Source: Candidatus Hydrothermarchaeota archaeon
GTDB taxonomy: Archaea > CAYFZR01
Assembly: GCA_046760505.1 (NCBI GenBank)
Contig: JBHIEG010000011.1
Location: 1-64,000, forward strand
Direction of reading: 5' to 3'
DNA: 64,000 nucleotides
Shown in pieces: positions 61,034 to 64,000 of the stretch. The notes beneath the pieces were generated by a model. It was not told the origin of the DNA. It did no database searches and saw only the letters and a list, made by a program, of their open reading frames with translations. The translations under genes and the position numbers were made by a program. The stretch's first letter is position 1. Each line of letters begins with the position of its first letter.

Positions 61034-61512
61034 AGAAAACCACCCATAAAACTCGCTATGATTCCAGCGAAAAATGCTCCGGTGATTATTGCAAGCGCCT
61101 GGATCTTCATTATGCGTGTATCCAGAAATGCATATGCTTGAGGCAGGTACAAGAGGGAAAAACTTGCAAGGAGTGCTGTAACAGCGCCAATTCCCGCTCC
61201 AAGTTGTAGTAAGGTCACAACAACTGGCAATCGAATGTAGGGTCCTCCTGGAAGTATACAACCTAGGGCAACGCCGAATAATATACTTCTATATCCATGC
61301 GAACCTCCCAAAAAAGTTATAACAAGATTTTCTGGCAGTACGGAATGAACTATACCTGCTAAGGCTATACCAGCGAGCAATAGGTAAAAGGTATTCAGAA
61401 AGGTATCGTATGAGTATCTCAGGCTCTTCCTAGTTTTTTCTTCATCTCTGTAGTAACAGAAAAGATACATCAAAATACAAAGCAAAATGAAGGTTACCTC
61501 TATGATTTCCAT
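61030..61512 (-). CDS. DUF318/ArsP-like permease half
   Basis: LPENLVITFLGGSHGYRSILFGVALGCILPGGPYIRLPVVVTLLQLGAGIG. Confidence 0.78.
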   Translation of the reverse strand: MEIIEVTFILLCILMYLFCYYRDEEKTRKSLRYSYDTFLNTFYLLLAGIALAGIVHSVLPENLVITFLGGSHGYRSILFGVALGCILPGGPYIRLPVVVTLLQLGAGIGAVTALLASFSLLYLPQAYAFLDTRIMKIQALAIITGAFFAGIIASFMGGFL

Positions 61513-61574
61513 GATATGTTAAAATCCAAGGGAATATTAAAATTCTTTCGTAACAGAAGATTATAGGTGGAAGA

Positions 61575-62246
61575 ATGTACGACAAAGGCATTGTAATCTT
61601 TATATCATCAACTTTCATATTATTGCCCATAGTAAATCTTTTAGAAAATCCATTTGAAGTCCAGAGAGATCAAAATTTAGAGAATTTCTTAGCTTTAAAG
61701 CCCCTTTTTTATTTTGAAGGAAATTCCAGTTTAATAAGGGAGGCGACTAAATATGAGATCGAAAAGATAAAACTATTCTCGAATTTCGTTTCAATGAATC
61801 AATCTCAAAGAGAAACTTTGGATAAATTCCTCTCTGCCTACAATAAAACAATGGAAGACATTATACTGTGCTCGAATCTTGAGCATAAAATTAGAAGTGC
61901 ACCCTCTTATGAATTAGCATTAAGAATAGAGGAACAGTACAGAAAAATATTAAGGGATTATGAGTTAATGATTTCCTATTTGCTAGATCTAAGTGGTTTT
62001 ATGGAAGACTATCCAGACGATTTAGTCGTTAGAGAAAAATACGGCTACAAAATTACTGTTTATGATATTAAAAGAGAGGTAGAACTCTGTATGGAAAACA
62101 AAGATTCAATCGCAAAAGAAATAGAAAGAAGGAGTGAAATACTGCATAAAAATGATGTTGCGAAAAGGTTAATCTTAGAGCAATTTATTCTTCTATTGAT
62201 GGTGATTTCCGTGGTAATTTATGTATTCAGGAGGTATAGATCTTGA
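61575..62246 (+). CDS. Hypothetical exported helical protein with C-terminal TM
   Basis: Signal-like N-terminus, C-terminal TM plus RRYRS; paralogous to the middle of the 62704 ORF. Confidence 0.7.
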   Translation: MYDKGIVIFISSTFILLPIVNLLENPFEVQRDQNLENFLALKPLFYFEGNSSLIREATKYEIEKIKLFSNFVSMNQSQRETLDKFLSAYNKTMEDIILCSNLEHKIRSAPSYELALRIEEQYRKILRDYELMISYLLDLSGFMEDYPDDLVVREKYGYKITVYDIKREVELCMENKDSIAKEIERRSEILHKNDVAKRLILEQFILLLMVISVVIYVFRRYRS

Positions 62247-62707
62247 TTTTACTGTTGGTTTTATTCAACATATCCTCTATTTTATCCAGTTATCCTATTC
62301 CTTATGCAAACGAAAGTGCATTTATAGATGGTCCCTACCACGTTATGGACCATAAGTACTATGCGGTTACCTATAGCGATAAAGAAATTCAGGGGATATT
62401 CATTTTAAACTCTACCGGATACCTAGAACTGGACAAGTTAATATGGCAGGAGGTTCTCATGAAAAAATACAACCGTAGTCTTACCGCTTGGGACTACTAC
62501 ATAATAAGAAAGACAGAGAACAGAATTTTCAAGAGGATTCGTCTAGAAATAATGCTTGAATTAATAAAAAAGGGTATGAGACCTACAATGTTCTCATTGA
62601 TCCACGATCTTACGTCGGATATCATTCACGACAACCCGTTTTTATGGCGCATGAGAGTAAAAGAGCCTAAAACTTTCCTCAGATTACCAAGACGCTTGGA
62701 GGGATAA
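62243..62707 (+). CDS. Hypothetical exported protein
   Basis: TTGA overlap with the previous gene; IDGPY..YY domain shared with the 62704 ORF. Confidence 0.65.
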   Translation: MILLLVLFNISSILSSYPIPYANESAFIDGPYHVMDHKYYAVTYSDKEIQGIFILNSTGYLELDKLIWQEVLMKKYNRSLTAWDYYIIRKTENRIFKRIRLEIMLELIKKGMRPTMFSLIHDLTSDIIHDNPFLWRMRVKEPKTFLRLPRRLEG

Positions 62708-64000
62708 CGATCAGAAAAGAATTCAAAGTTGTTCCACCTTTTATTCTATTAATTCTTATTCTACCATTTCTATTATTCATGCCGGCTTTTTGTGTTAAGG
62801 AAGAGATAAGAGAGAAGGCAAAAGAACTTGCTACTCCTCAAGAAGTAGTCATGATAGAGGGGCCAATATACTACAGGAATGATCCTTTTTATCTGGTAGA
62901 TTTCGTATCAAAAGGAGAAGTAAAAAATTCACTTGTTTACGATGCCAATGCAAACTTGGTTGAGAATTCAACCATAGAAAAGAAGATACTTGCTACATAC
63001 TCTTTTTATGAAGTAACAAGAGAAGATCCATTGTTTTATTCATTGGGAGATCCTTCTTTCTTGCCCAAGGCATTTGATTATGATGTAGAAAACGTAAAAA
63101 ATTTCATGGAGTACTGTTCGATTTCAGATCAGGAAAAGAAAATCGTTTTAAAGAGTTTACAAGATTATAAGGTTTTGGGTAAAGACATTGAAGCATGCAG
63201 TAGCTTAACCAATAAAATTTTGAACTGGAAAAATCCTTCCCGAATAGAGATTGATTTTAAAGAAGATATCCCTAAGGCAAGAATAACTATAGTAAATAGA
63301 ACAGGCAAGCTTTCATACGAAGATTGTATCAAACTAACTGAATTGTACGACAGGATTTATTCTGATTACATGGTCTTTGTATCAGATTTGGAGGCTTTTT
63401 CTTCTCTAATAACTGTTTTTCCAGAAGAAAAGCGCAGGCAGAAGTACAATTTAACTGTTACAGATAAAGACATATTAGACGAAGTAACCGCTCTTAAAGA
63501 AAACGGTAATGCAATGAAACTTGAGATAGATTCGAGAAAGAAAATAATGGGCATACAGGAAGTGCTCAGGGAGCCTCGATCTCCTTCATACAAAAACTAC
63601 AAGTTATTAGCGTTTGTCCTTATAATTCTCTTAGTTACAATTCTACGCCTGCGTGGAAAATTATTTTTCATGACTCTTATTCTGCTTCTCACCCTTTCTC
63701 TTGCAATAGAAACGCCTGAAGAAATAATGGAAAAACAGGTCATGGATCCGAGTAAAATGGATCTGAAGATATACGCTAAAGGGATTTCCGATTCTGAAGT
63801 GAGAAAAGTTTTAGAAGGTTATCCTTTCATGCTTAAAGGTGAAAAGGTCATAGTAGATGGTCCCTACTACTACGAAAGCCGAGCCTACTACATATTTGAT
63901 TTTAAGAAAGAGGGAGAGCCTCCAGGAAGTGTTCTGATAGTCGATGCGATACACAAAAGAAAGCTTCCGGCTCGTAAGATAATTGTTCGATTGTATAGAA
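62704..64000 (+). CDS. Large hypothetical membrane protein (partial, runs off the window edge)
   Basis: Not in the ORF track; the frame is open from 62671 to 64000; signal-like FILLILILPFLLFMPAFC, an internal TM hairpin and repeated domains; start uncertain (first ATG at 62779). Confidence 0.8.
   Translation, partial: MTIRKEFKVVPPFILLILILPFLLFMPAFCVKEEIREKAKELATPQEVVMIEGPIYYRNDPFYLVDFVSKGEVKNSLVYDANANLVENSTIEKKILATYSFYEVTREDPLFYSLGDPSFLPKAFDYDVENVKNFMEYCSISDQEKKIVLKSLQDYKVLGKDIEACSSLTNKILNWKNPSRIEIDFKEDIPKARITIVNRTGKLSYEDCIKLTELYDRIYSDYMVFVSDLEAFSSLITVFPEEKRRQKYNLTVTDKDILDEVTALKENGNAMKLEIDSRKKIMGIQEVLREPRSPSYKNYKLLAFVLIILLVTILRLRGKLFFMTLILLLTLSLAIETPEEIMEKQVMDPSKMDLKIYAKGISDSEVRKVLEGYPFMLKGEKVIVDGPYYYESRAYYIFDFKKEGEPPGSVLIVDAIHKRKLPARKIIVRLYR

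Noticed and set aside
61034-61261. Cys/His-rich N-terminal extension of the 253-aa ORF
   Set aside because: Alternative-frame overlap with the upstream permease; the real start is the GTG at 61033.
51385-61512. Selenocysteine or pyrrolysine read-through in cluster genes
   Set aside because: The recognised domains are complete before their stop codons, and no interrupted Cys motif was noticed.

Overview
Compact, AT-rich archaeal chromosome segment with a euryarchaeal-type gene set; the lineage cannot be determined from this window. Most of it is housekeeping: polC/DP2, pyrH, aRF1, argS, glyS, thiL, cgi121, rib7, mptA, Sec61beta, engB, RPA, radA, ogt, XPD-like helicase, xth and a type A RNase P RNA. 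No tRNA, rRNA, CRISPR array, intein or transposase was found. Five things stand out. (1) An mtrB-A-F-G-H operon of miniaturised subunits lacks mtrE/D/C at their canonical upstream position, suggesting a possible stalk-only Mtr. (2) A ~10 kb accessory cluster (51.4-61.5 kb) combines two radical SAM enzymes, two FmdE paralogues, an SsuABC-type ABC importer, a permease pair, a class V PLP enzyme, a methyltransferase and a degenerate AAA ATPase. (3) A modular, internally duplicated family of unknown membrane proteins lies at the right edge. (4) A REP/MITE-like hairpin mosaic sits just downstream of rnpB. (5) Two genes appear to need non-canonical start codons. All family calls come from visual motif recognition, not database searches.
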